A stretch of 64,000 nt of DNA from Candidatus Latescibacterota bacterium (GTDB lineage: Bacteria; Latescibacterota; UBA2968; GCA-2709665): the NCBI GenBank assembly GCA_965203805.1, contig OZ241917.1, forward strand, positions 4,768,001-4,832,000, read 5' to 3'. How positions within the stretch are numbered: the first letter of the stretch is position 1; each line of letters opens with the position of its first letter. The position numbers and the translations under genes were made by a program. Positions 10,191-19,659 of this stretch are shown piece after piece. Below the pieces are notes generated by a model, which worked only from the letters and a program-made list of their open reading frames with translations, searched no databases and was not told where the DNA came from.

Positions 10191-10350
10191 AGAAGGAAGA
10201 ATGAAAAAGGAAGAATGAAGAACAAAACGCGGTATTTTCGAGACGCAAGACGCATGAGCTTTCTCTCGCTCCTTTCGTTTTGGATTTCTCTCGCGTCTCA
10301 CGTTTCGCCGCCTCTCGGGTTTTTCTAACGTCTACCCTCTCCCGTCTCAC
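10191..10350. repeat. Spacer element: GAAGAAK-type heptamer run plus ~130-bp block (also ~14605-14780; partial ~11621-11720)
   Basis: gaaggaagaatgaaaaaggaagaatgaagaa followed by aaaacgcggt..tcgagacgcaagacgc..ttttggatttctctcgcgtct recurs with high identity. Confidence 0.85.
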
Positions 10351-10425
10351 CGCATTCAGCGCCTTGCTATGTAATCTGTAGGCCTACATACATAGTATTC
10401 GCGAAACCCGGTGCCTTGGCAGACG

Positions 10426-11580
10426 CTAAAGGTCAAATGTGAGCGCGGCTCGGAGGCCTTTATTTTTCGTTGGTGCGATGCCCAGATTGAGTCGGCCGGG
10501 TGAAACTTCGACCCACCTTTCGGTCTTTACCATAAAACCGATAAGCGTGGAGGCGACAATTCCAACTCCAAAACCGTAGCCCGCATTGGGATCATAGACA
10601 TTCAGGTCAAAATCCCAATCAAGCACCATGTAGCTCAACCCGCTCAAGCATCCGATCAAAAACCCCTTCAGTGTGTGCCTGCGCCGACCGATGTTTATTT
10701 CGAGGTCAGTGAATGAAGAGACGGGCACCCGATACATACCCCCTTCGGTTAAAATGCCGAACGTGTCGTCACTCGTAGGCACCATCCTGCCGACGACCCA
10801 CCCCCACTTCGGGCCGTCGTTTGCGATTGTTCGTGCCTTACAACGAACTCTCGGCTCCTGCGGCAGTTTCTGCACGGCGCGAATTACCTTTCGCCATGCC
10901 GTGATGTCTCGAAAGTTTTGTGCCGCAACGATGTAGACAATTTCGTCAGACATTATCGTGTCTATCGATCCCTTGTTTCCACGAATCCCGTAACCTGACT
11001 TGACAACGACGTTTCTCTCGTTTCCATCGACAATCTCGGCTATAACCGCTCTATTGCGATTCCTGGATCTGTAGACAATGTGGGCGTGCCATCCAGAGAG
11101 GAGCTTCGACAGATCCAGGTTGCCCGGGGTCATAATGACCAGTTGTCCATCCGCCTGTTTTTGCCAGATTTCCAGGGCCCCCCGACGCCTGGCGACAACG
11201 AGTGTGTCGATGTCGTCTTTCGCGATTGCCTGCTTTTCCATCGGTCTGGCTGCAGATTTTACGACAATTTCGTCCGGCTTATTTGCCGCGATCACTCCGG
11301 CCGTAGCGCCTTTGACGCCGCCGGTTGTGTAAATCACATGCGCCTTGTGGCCGATTTCTGCCTTAGACAGGTTCAGAGTCCGTCGTGACATCACCAGGAC
11401 ATCCATGCCATAACGCCATGCAATTGCGCGCACCCCCAATTCCAGGGCTGTATCCTTCTCTGATCCCGGTGTGCTCCCTCTACGAAGGTCTCGCGGGCGT
11501 ACGGAATCAGCGACTGCAGCACCCGGTGCGAGGACTTCCAACAGCAGACTTGCCACCAATATCTGGACAATTGACGTCAT
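10426..11580 (-). CDS. Secreted repeat-module protein (2 modules + RVR domain + anchor)
   Basis: Signal peptide and repeats; ends TERWVEVSPGRLNLGIAPTKNKGLRAALTFDL. Confidence 0.85.
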   Translation of the reverse strand: MTSIVQILVASLLLEVLAPGAAVADSVRPRDLRRGSTPGSEKDTALELGVRAIAWRYGMDVLVMSRRTLNLSKAEIGHKAHVIYTTGGVKGATAGVIAANKPDEIVVKSAARPMEKQAIAKDDIDTLVVARRRGALEIWQKQADGQLVIMTPGNLDLSKLLSGWHAHIVYRSRNRNRAVIAEIVDGNERNVVVKSGYGIRGNKGSIDTIMSDEIVYIVAAQNFRDITAWRKVIRAVQKLPQEPRVRCKARTIANDGPKWGWVVGRMVPTSDDTFGILTEGGMYRVPVSSFTDLEINIGRRRHTLKGFLIGCLSGLSYMVLDWDFDLNVYDPNAGYGFGVGIVASTLIGFMVKTERWVEVSPGRLNLGIAPTKNKGLRAALTFDL

Positions 11581-11761
11581 TTATACACCTCGCTGAAGTA
11601 CTCTGCGTACTGTCTTCATTGAAGAAGGAAGTAATGAAAAAGGAAGAATGAAGAACGTAAAAACGAAAAACGAAGAAGGAAGAAGGAAGAGGAAAACGCG
11701 GTTTTTTCGAGACGCCTCTCGGGCTTTATCTGACTACTACCCCCTTCCGTCTCACCGCTTT

Positions 11762-11797
11762 CAGCGTCGTGCCACCTGGGCTGACGATCTACCGTCA
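11762..11797. repeat. 36-bp post-stop element Z, copy 1 (others 13257-13292, 14881-14916, 17017-17052)
   Basis: cagcgtcKtgccacctgggYtgaSgatctRccgtca lies 33-35 nt after the stop codon of four paralogs. Confidence 0.9.
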
Positions 11798-11830
11798 TCG
11801 TAGTCACGACACCCGGGACCCTGGCAAACG

Positions 11831-13036
11831 CTAAAAGTGAAACGACAGCGCGGCTTGAAGGCCTCTGTCTCGGGTAGGTGCGACATTCAGATTCGATCGA
11901 GGGAAAGGCGCGTCGATCCATCGGTCGGTCTTGGTCCCATAGCCAATCAAAGCACCGAAGGTGCCGCAACCAATCGCTAACGAAAATACCCTCAGCGCCA
12001 CCACGGCTTGTGCGAAACTCACATCGGGATCATAGTATCCGGGATCGTGCGGCGCCTCGTACAACGTGCTCCCTATTATTAAACCAAGCACCAGCCCGAT
12101 CAATAGACCCTTTCCCGTATGTCTTCGCCTTTCGGCAGTGAATTCCAAGTCAGTGAGTGCGTCACCAGGCACACGATGGACGTCCCGTATGGATGGTCCC
12201 ACGCCAATAACGAACGTATCCTGGTTTACCTCGACCAGCCTGCCAACCGTCCACTTCGGTTTTTCGCCGTATCCCATCACAGAGGGAGCCTTGAAACGAA
12301 CACGGGACTCCTTTGTCAGGCACTGAATGACCTGCCTCGCGTGTCTCCATCCCACAATGTCACCACGAACTTGACCCGCAACGATGACAAAAATGTCGTC
12401 CCGGCCAATTACTCTGTTCGACCAAGGCAGTCTTCCGCCCGCAAATTCGGATCTGATCACAATTCGCCGTTCGTCGCGTTCGAGAATCCTGGCGACTTCC
12501 GCTCGTTGGCCGTCCTTGTGCCTGTATACGACGTATGCATACCACCCCGGATCGAGCTTGTCGAGGTTGAGCTTACCGCGTGACATCACGAGGAAGCGAC
12601 CCTCGGCACGCCTTTGCCATCTCTCCAGCGCGCGCCTGTCACTGGCAACAACCAGAGTGTCGATATCTGCATACACTATTTTATTTCTTTCCGCAGGCCT
12701 TTCCGAGATCCGGAGCGCAATGCCATCCTCGGCAATTTGCACAATCTTACCGATTGTCGATATTCTTGAACCCTCGGATGTATGGACAACCTGCGCAATC
12801 AAACCCGTCCTTAATTTCGAAATATCCAAACCCCCGCGCGACATGACCCTGACATCGAGCGCATAGAGCAATTTGATCGCACGTTCAGCAACAATGGTGG
12901 CGCGGTCCTGCGCGAATTCCGGCCTGTCTGCACGATGCGCTGTCTCTGCGCGCGGTTGCCCGGAGGCATAGGACAAACCAGGCGACAGGATCTGCAATAG
13001 CAAAGCCGTGATTATTGTCATTGAGGTGAGCTTCAT
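11831..13036 (-). CDS. Secreted repeat-module protein (2 modules + RVR domain + anchor)
   Basis: Signal peptide, repeats, Gly-rich hairpin GLLIGLVLGLIIG; ends GLQAALSFHF. Confidence 0.85.
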   Translation of the reverse strand: MKLTSMTIITALLLQILSPGLSYASGQPRAETAHRADRPEFAQDRATIVAERAIKLLYALDVRVMSRGGLDISKLRTGLIAQVVHTSEGSRISTIGKIVQIAEDGIALRISERPAERNKIVYADIDTLVVASDRRALERWQRRAEGRFLVMSRGKLNLDKLDPGWYAYVVYRHKDGQRAEVARILERDERRIVIRSEFAGGRLPWSNRVIGRDDIFVIVAGQVRGDIVGWRHARQVIQCLTKESRVRFKAPSVMGYGEKPKWTVGRLVEVNQDTFVIGVGPSIRDVHRVPGDALTDLEFTAERRRHTGKGLLIGLVLGLIIGSTLYEAPHDPGYYDPDVSFAQAVVALRVFSLAIGCGTFGALIGYGTKTDRWIDAPFPRSNLNVAPTRDRGLQAALSFHF

Positions 13037-13164
13037 GTTTACGCCTCATTGAAACACTACGTACTGTATCTCTTGATGCTGGTAAGACGTTAGACGTGAG
13101 ATGATATCAGTGCCCTAAAGACGGGGAGAGGGTAGAGGTGAGACGGTAGAGGATGTGATTGCCT

Positions 13165-13224
13165 GGTGCCGTTTCATTTCTCGCCGGAGGCATAAAGGAA
13201 GAACCAAACGGGCAAGGATGTCAT
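13165..13224. repeat. ~60-bp dispersed REP/MITE-like element Y (also ~14797-14855, ~16832-16891, ~16926-16984, inverted ~24201-24260)
   Basis: gtttcatttctYgccggaggcataaWggaaga...gcaaggatgtcat, flanked by GAGACGG/CCGTCTC heptamer runs. Confidence 0.85.
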
Positions 13225-13325
13225 CTACCGTCTCCCGTCTCCCTTCTCACCGCTTTCAGCGTCGTGCCACCTGGGCTGACGATCTACCGTCAAAGTAGTC
13301 ACGACACCCGAGAACCTGGCAGTCG

Positions 13326-14564
13326 CTAAAAATGAAACGACAGCGCAGCTCGAAGGCCCTTGTCTCGTGTCGGAGACACGCTCAGGTTGATTCGAGATGG
13401 GGAAACTTCGACCCATTGTTCGGTAACTGTCCTGGCACCTAACACAGCGCCACAGATGGTCGCGATAGGCACAGCCACCACAGCGAGCACGACTCGGTCA
13501 AAGCCTTCCCAGCCGTCAATTTCCTCATATCTGTAGTCGTCAAATACATCATGAGGATATATCAGAAATGCAGCGCCAAGTCCGACAAAAAACCCGATCC
13601 CCAGGCCCTTGATCGTGTTTCGATGGCGACCTATGTAAATTTCGAAATCGCGTATCGAAGAAATAGGTAACTCAAAAATCTCGTTTCCGGATAGGCCGAC
13701 GCCCATGACGAGCGTATCCTGATTCACGTCGAACAGCCTGCCAACCACGGAACCCGATCTTGACGCGCCCCTTCGGGTGGAAGGCGACTTTAATCGGATT
13801 CTGGGATTTTCCGGCAGATGTCGCAGGATCTGCCTCGCGTGTCGCAATGCGACGATGTCTCTCCGGTCTTCGGCGGCGACGATGAAGACAATGTCGTTCA
13901 ATGCAATCTCTCCACCGGCCCAGAATTGGTTCCTGCCTGCGAAACTGGACCTGATTACGAGATGCCGCTCGCGGGTATTCAGAATTCTGACCAGTTCGCC
14001 TCGTCTTCCATCTTCGAATTCATAGACAATGAATGCATGCCACCCCTTCCTCATCGCAGATAGGTCGATCGTCCCACGCGACATGACGACGAAACGACCA
14101 CCGACGCGTCTCCTCCACCGTTCCAGCGCCGGACGCTCTTTTGCGACGACAATCGTGTCAATTTCGGCATAGTGGATATGGGTTTTTTCCGGGACCGTCG
14201 CCGTGGATGTGATTTCCATACCAACGGGGTCAATGTTGCGAATGACGCCGGCTGCCGTGTCGGATGCGCCTTCAGACGTGTAGATTACGTGCGCGTAGAA
14301 GCCCTTCGCTATTTTCGATAGATCCAGGTGCCGCCTCGGCATCACCCAAACGTCCATTTCATAAAGCATTCTGATTAGCCTTGCGGCACTCTCCGCAGCG
14401 CGCTGTTCCTCCGACGGCTGCGGTTTCCACGTACTGCCGGCAGCTTTTCGCCAATTAACGCGCGTCGTCCTGTTGCCACGAAGTTCTTGCGCGGCAATCG
14501 ACAGGCTTGGCATCAGGATCTGAAACAGGAGTGTTGCAATCAATAATACGGCGGTTGGCTTCAT
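13326..14564 (-). CDS. Secreted repeat-module protein (2 modules + RVR domain + anchor)
   Basis: Signal peptide and repeats; ends SRINLSVSPTRDKGLRAALSFHF. Confidence 0.85.
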   Translation of the reverse strand: MKPTAVLLIATLLFQILMPSLSIAAQELRGNRTTRVNWRKAAGSTWKPQPSEEQRAAESAARLIRMLYEMDVWVMPRRHLDLSKIAKGFYAHVIYTSEGASDTAAGVIRNIDPVGMEITSTATVPEKTHIHYAEIDTIVVAKERPALERWRRRVGGRFVVMSRGTIDLSAMRKGWHAFIVYEFEDGRRGELVRILNTRERHLVIRSSFAGRNQFWAGGEIALNDIVFIVAAEDRRDIVALRHARQILRHLPENPRIRLKSPSTRRGASRSGSVVGRLFDVNQDTLVMGVGLSGNEIFELPISSIRDFEIYIGRHRNTIKGLGIGFFVGLGAAFLIYPHDVFDDYRYEEIDGWEGFDRVVLAVVAVPIATICGAVLGARTVTEQWVEVSPSRINLSVSPTRDKGLRAALSFHF

Positions 14565-14950
14565 GGATTCACCTCACTGAAATACTCTGCGTAATGTCTT
14601 CATTGAAGAAGGAAGAATGAAAAAGGAAGAATGAAGAATAAAACGCGGTTTTGTCGAGACGCAAGACGCTTGAGTTCTCTGTCGCTCCGTTGGTTTTGGA
14701 TTTCTCTCGCGTCTTGCGTCTCACGTCTGGACGCCTCTCGGGTTTTGTCTAACGTCTACCCTCTTCCGTCTCCCGTCTCACCGGTTTTATTGCCCCGTGC
14801 GGTTTCATTTCTTGCCGGAGGCATAAAGGAAGAACCAAACGTGCAAGGATGTCATCTCCCGTCTCCCCTCTCCCCGTTTCCAGCGTCTTGCCACCTGGGC
14901 TGAGGATCTACCGTCACAGTATACGAGACCCCTGGCGCACTGGCAGACGC

Positions 14951-16027
14951 CTAAAATTCGAATGACACCGCGGCTCGAAGGCCCTTGTCTCGTGTCGGAG
15001 ACACGCTCAGGTTGATTCGAGATGGGGAAACTTCGACCCATTTCTCGGTTTCTATCGCGGCCCCGATGAGCGTCCCGGCAAGTGTCGCTGCAGGTACGAT
15101 CAATAGCGCGGTGAGGCCGTCGATCATTTCTTCCGCTTGTTCTGATTCGTATCCACGTGCGTCGTCACGAACGTCTATCCAAATAGATGCAACCGCCCCC
15201 GAAACAAGCCCGATCACCAAGCCCTTTTTTGTGTTGGATTGACGTCCGAAGCTGACGTCGAATCTGTCAATCGAAGAAATCGGAATCATCGTGGAGCCCT
15301 CTGTGGAGAGCATCAACAGCGTATCGACTGTTGCCCGGATAATCCTGCCCTTGATCCATCCCTTCAAAATCGAAGGTGCCTTAATTCTAACTCTTGAATC
15401 CGGTTCCTCGAGTCTATGCATGGCCTTTTTTGCACGTCGCCACGTGTCTATCTCACGCCAGCTATCATAAACAGCGAGTATTTCAATGTCGCCGTACACA
15501 ATTTTCCACTTCTTCCACGGTGTCGCCGCGGATTGAACCACGAGATGATCCGGCTTGTTGGCCACAATCTTACCGCTGGAAATTTTCCGAACGCCTTCTG
15601 ACGTATAGACTACAGACACGTACGATCCTGGGGACAGCATCGAGCGATCAAGCTCCGAATGCGACATTTCCCGGATCGAACCCGCTGCTTCCATTTTCCG
15701 AATATAGGACTCGACCTCGATCATTCCTTGTGCGGGCGTAGTTGCCTTCTGGCTGATGATGAGCCAGGACACGTTGGCAAAGGCGATGGTGATTCGCCGG
15801 TCGCCGTCCCGAATGGAAAAGGACTCGGTTCCAATGGCGTCGATCCACCCCTTGGACGATCTCTCCTGGCGTTTGCCGTAGCGATAGGTGACGACAACGT
15901 ACGCGTCCAGCGCCAGGCTGTCGGGTCCAACGTCCGTGCCGCGAAGTCGCGTGGCGGCGTGCGCCAGGGCAGGGTCCATCGCGTTGAACGTCAGGACCGC
16001 GGCAAGAGTGAGTGCGGCTGTCTTCAT
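14951..16027 (-). CDS. Secreted repeat-module protein (1 divergent + 1 canonical module + RVR domain + anchor)
   Basis: N-terminus nearly the same as the 17088-18536 gene; ends SRINLSVSPTRDKGLRAAVSFEF. Confidence 0.85.
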   Translation of the reverse strand: MKTAALTLAAVLTFNAMDPALAHAATRLRGTDVGPDSLALDAYVVVTYRYGKRQERSSKGWIDAIGTESFSIRDGDRRITIAFANVSWLIISQKATTPAQGMIEVESYIRKMEAAGSIREMSHSELDRSMLSPGSYVSVVYTSEGVRKISSGKIVANKPDHLVVQSAATPWKKWKIVYGDIEILAVYDSWREIDTWRRAKKAMHRLEEPDSRVRIKAPSILKGWIKGRIIRATVDTLLMLSTEGSTMIPISSIDRFDVSFGRQSNTKKGLVIGLVSGAVASIWIDVRDDARGYESEQAEEMIDGLTALLIVPAATLAGTLIGAAIETEKWVEVSPSRINLSVSPTRDKGLRAAVSFEF

Positions 16028-16090
16028 GATTTCCCTCCCGGTTCTCTCATGTGACGAATCGCTGAGCAGTTCAAAGAATTCTACGGAAGT

Positions 16091-16559
16091 TCACCCCTGT
16101 TGCAACGGTGCCGGCGATTCCATCCGCTTGAGGCCGTCGTCATTCTCTTTCGTAGCGCCGAACCGTATCGTGCCGGACCCGAGCAGGAGCAGGAGCAACC
16201 CGAGCGGCATCCAGAAGATCATCCGGATCCGCCGGATAATGCCCACGGCCAGTCCGGTCCCCGGCTCCAGTCCCATTAAATGAAAGAGGAACACGTGCCC
16301 GCCTTCGAAGACCCCCATGCCGTAGGGAACGAAGCCGAAGATCACGTTGATCACCATCATCAGTGAGTGGAACAGATAAACCGAAACGAACGGCAGCGGC
16401 TCGCCCAGCACGTGTAGAATCACGTATATCTCGAGGGTGCCCAGGGCCCACGTCACCAGATGCATTCCCAGCAGGCCGGCCAGCCGCCACCCGTTCAGGC
16501 GGTAGAACGCGGCCAGATTCCGGTCGATCTCAGCGGCCCGGTCGCGGTACCGCTCCAGG
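16091..16559 (-). pseudogene. Duplicated 3' fragment of the flippase-like gene
   Basis: ~15930-16559 copies ~18439-19068 (offset 2509); the translation LERYRDRAAE...LQQG matches the C-terminal part of 18600-19634. Confidence 0.85.
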
Positions 16560-16715
16560 GTCGTCAGGGCCGTCTCCATATAAAGGTGGGCACCCGGTCC
16601 GCCCCGAAGTCCGGACCGGCAGTTCGTTCTGCTGATGCTCGGACGCGTGCAAGAGACCCGGCGCTAGGATCTCCAAAAGCAAAGCCGTGATTATTGTCAT
16701 TGAGGTGAGCTTCAT
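16560..16715 (-). pseudogene. Truncated 5' copy of a repeat-module gene (MKLTSMTIITALLL...)
   Basis: The first codons and ~150 bp upstream (16680-16870) are near-identical to 13001-13200; the frame is cut by the flippase-fragment junction. Confidence 0.8.
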
Positions 16716-17087
16716 GTTTACGCCTCATTGAAACACTATACGTACTGTATCTCTTGATGCTGGTAAGACGTTAGACGTGAGATGATATCAGTGCCCTAAA
16801 GACGGGGAGACGGTAGAGGATGTGATTGCTTGGTGCCGTTTCATTTCTCGCCGGAGGCATAATGGAAGACTCAATCGAGCAAGCACGTCATCTCCCGTCT
16901 CCCTTCTCACCGGCTTTGTCGCCCCGTGCGGTTTCATTTCTTGCCGGAGGCATAAAGGAAGACTCAATCGAGCAAGGATGTCATCTCCCGTCTTCCGTCT
17001 CACGTCTCACCGCGTTCAGCGTCTTGCCACCTGGGTTGACGATCTGCCGTCATTGTAATCCCGATATCCGCTCGCCCTGGCATTCGC

Positions 17088-18536
17088 CTAGAAATCTAAC
17101 GACAGCACGGCCCGAAAGCCATTGTCTCTTGTCGGAGACACGCTCAGATTGATCCGTGAAGGGGCGACATCGACCCATCTTTCGGTTTCAATCGCGGCCC
17201 CGATAAGCGTCCCGACAAGTGTCGCTGCAGGCACGCCGACCATTACGGAGTAGGCGCCGATGAGAGCTTCCTGACCGCGTTTATCAGCGTCTGTCGTGTC
17301 ACTGGGTCTATTATTCAATATCGCGACAGTGGCGCCCAATAGAAAACCGATTGCCATGCCTTTCTTTGTGTGTCGATGGCGGCCCATGCTGACTTCGAAA
17401 TCGTCGACGAAGGCACGACGGATCCTGACGCTCCCGTGTTGGGCCAGTACCTCCACCATGTCCCCGGTCTCACCCGCAAACCTGCCAATGATCCATTCAG
17501 TTGAGATCGAGGGCGCCTTTAGCCGTACCCTCGGTCCCTGTAGTTCACGCATCGCGTCTCTCGCTTTCCGCCAGCGTTTCATGTCGCTACGTTTGCGGGT
17601 CACGAGAACCCGTACGATATCGTCCGAACGGATTGTCCTTCGGTCGAAGCTGCCCGACTCGATCATCATGTGATTCGCATCCTTGCGTGCGATCACTCCC
17701 GTAACGGTGCGGCTGACGCCGGAAGATCGGTATTCTACGTGTGCATGCCATCCGAGGTTCAGGGATGCGAGGTCGAGTTCGTCACCGGACATCGCATGCA
17801 TCGCGGTCTTCTGAAGCTCCAGCATCTTCCGCCTTGCCGTTCGCCATTGCTCGATACCCCCCGGTTCATTCGAGACAGCGATGATTTCGATTTCTTTCCG
17901 TGCGATTTCCCATCCCTTCCCGGCGCCTGGCACAATGACGACGCGATGCGGGTCGAAGTCGACGATTCGGCCCGATGCCGCATTCTCCACACCGTTTGAA
18001 CGGAACACCACGTACGCATACAATCCAGGCGCGAGCCTTTTCAGATCAAGTTCCTTGTCGGTCATTACCTTAACTGACTTCGCATGGAGTCTCCGCAGGG
18101 CCTGCCGGTTACGCTGCCATGTGTCTATCTCACGCCAATTTGCTGCAACGGCAAGTGTCTCGATGTCCGCGTACATTATAGTCCGGCTCTCAAACGACCC
18201 TACAGATTGAACCACGATACGATCTGGCCTGGTGTCCACAATCTTCCCGCTGGCAATTTTCCGACTGCCTTCCGACCTGTAGACGACGTACGCGAACGAT
18301 CCCCGTGACAGCTTCGAGCGATCAAGCTCAGAACGCGACATTTCCATGACCGCAACTTCCTCTTCCTTGACTGCAACCGCAACGACCGTTTCCCGGGAAA
18401 AGGACTCGACCACGTTCATCCGGTGTCCGGAACCTCCGACGTCCGCGCTGCGAAGTCGCGTAGCGGCGCGCGCCAGGGCAGGGTCCATCGCGTTGAAAAG
18501 CAAGGTCGCGGTCAGGATGAGTGCGGCTGCCTTCAT
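17088..18536 (-). CDS. Secreted repeat-module protein (3 modules + RVR domain + anchor)
   Basis: Start moved to MKAAALIL (ATG 18536, GGAGGG RBS). Three repeats; ends GFRAVLSLDF. Confidence 0.85.
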   Translation of the reverse strand: MKAAALILTATLLFNAMDPALARAATRLRSADVGGSGHRMNVVESFSRETVVAVAVKEEEVAVMEMSRSELDRSKLSRGSFAYVVYRSEGSRKIASGKIVDTRPDRIVVQSVGSFESRTIMYADIETLAVAANWREIDTWQRNRQALRRLHAKSVKVMTDKELDLKRLAPGLYAYVVFRSNGVENAASGRIVDFDPHRVVIVPGAGKGWEIARKEIEIIAVSNEPGGIEQWRTARRKMLELQKTAMHAMSGDELDLASLNLGWHAHVEYRSSGVSRTVTGVIARKDANHMMIESGSFDRRTIRSDDIVRVLVTRKRSDMKRWRKARDAMRELQGPRVRLKAPSISTEWIIGRFAGETGDMVEVLAQHGSVRIRRAFVDDFEVSMGRHRHTKKGMAIGFLLGATVAILNNRPSDTTDADKRGQEALIGAYSVMVGVPAATLVGTLIGAAIETERWVDVAPSRINLSVSPTRDNGFRAVLSLDF

Positions 18537-18599
18537 GATTTCCCTCCCGGTTCTCTCATGTGACGAATCGCTGAGCATTTCAAGGGATTCTCCGGTAGC

Positions 18600-19634
18600 T
18601 CACCCCTGTTGCAGCCGCGCCGTCGTTTCCATCGGCTCGAGGCCGCCGTCTTTCTCCTTCGGCGCCCCGAACCGTATTGTGCCGGACCCGAGCAGGAGCA
18701 GGAGCAACCCGAGCAGCATCCAGAAGATCTTCCGGATCCGCCGGATTATGCCCACGGCCAGCCCGGTCCCCGGTTCCAGTCCCATTAAATGAAAGAGGAA
18801 CACGTGCCCGCCTTCGAAGACCCCCATGCCGTAGGGAACGAAGCCGAAGATCACGTTGATCACCATCATCAGTGAGTGGAACAGATAGACCGAAACGAAC
18901 GGCAGCGGCTCGCCCAGCACGTGTAGAATCACGTATATCTCGAGGGTGCCCAGGGCCCACGTCACCAGATGCATTCCCAGCAGGCCGGCCAGCCGCCACC
19001 CGTTCAGGCGGTAGAACGCGGCCAGATTCCGGTCGATCTCAGCGGCCCGGTCGCGGTACCGCTCCAGGAACGTGATCCTTAGCCGAAGCAGCAGGTTCAC
19101 AAGCCCGGTAAACGGATTGCGGCGCTGCCGGATCACCGTCAGAACGGCGCCAACGACGGCGATGGCCAGTGCGCCGAAGAGGGTCCACCGGATCTCATCG
19201 GGAAACACGAACCGATGAAGGCCTGCCAGAACGCCGACCATGACGAAAATGAGGCCGCTGATCATCTCGCCCGTTTTCGTGAGTACAAGCGACGACACGC
19301 CTGCGGTGACGCCCATGCGCTGCCGAAGCATCATCACTTTGGCGAATTCCTTGCCGATCTGTGACGCCGGCATGACGTTTCCGAGCGCCTCGCCAACGAG
19401 TTTCACCCAGAGTAGGGGTTTCAATGGGGGCTTTGCGATCCCGTCGTCGAAACTTCCCCGCCATGCGCAGACATTATTCACGTAGGCGGCCAGGGTGATT
19501 CCGATTATGGGGACATATCCCCATCCCATCATCACCACGTGCCGCCATACCTCCGGTTCGCCAAGCTGATGGAGCAGCACGCCGAGGCAGGCGAGGCCCA
19601 GCAGCCAGAGCAGTACATATACTTCCTGTTTCAT
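18600..19634 (-). CDS. Flippase-like membrane protein (lysylphosphatidylglycerol synthase TM / UPF0104 family)
   Basis: Multi-TM, GEALGNVMPASQIGKE and P.GMGVFEGG motifs, RRIR near the C-terminus; ATG 19634 after GAGGAG. Confidence 0.8.
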   Translation of the reverse strand: MKQEVYVLLWLLGLACLGVLLHQLGEPEVWRHVVMMGWGYVPIIGITLAAYVNNVCAWRGSFDDGIAKPPLKPLLWVKLVGEALGNVMPASQIGKEFAKVMMLRQRMGVTAGVSSLVLTKTGEMISGLIFVMVGVLAGLHRFVFPDEIRWTLFGALAIAVVGAVLTVIRQRRNPFTGLVNLLLRLRITFLERYRDRAAEIDRNLAAFYRLNGWRLAGLLGMHLVTWALGTLEIYVILHVLGEPLPFVSVYLFHSLMMVINVIFGFVPYGMGVFEGGHVFLFHLMGLEPGTGLAVGIIRRIRKIFWMLLGLLLLLLGSGTIRFGAPKEKDGGLEPMETTARLQQG

Positions 19635-19659
19635 CACGCTCTCCTCAAATACGGTTTCG

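Noticed and set aside
10141-10350. Long N-terminal extensions in the ORF track (also 20308-20514, 24105-24284, 42160-42231)
   Set aside because: They translate repeat or promoter DNA; downstream starts fit RBS, signal peptide or family N-termini better.
13348-15042. Diversity-generating retroelement template/variable repeat pair
   Set aside because: The copies are identical rather than differing at adenines, and no reverse transcriptase is present.
16091-16579. 162-aa ORF as an independent membrane-protein gene
   Set aside because: It is a duplicated 3' fragment of the flippase-like gene with a chance start at the junction.
10190-17090. Integron cassette array or shufflon
   Set aside because: No integrase or invertase in the window, the spacers lack attC RYYYAAC/GTTRRRY ends, and all genes are co-oriented paralogs.
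10190-17090. CRISPR array
   Set aside because: The repeats are separated by whole genes, not 25-45 nt spacers, and there are no cas genes.
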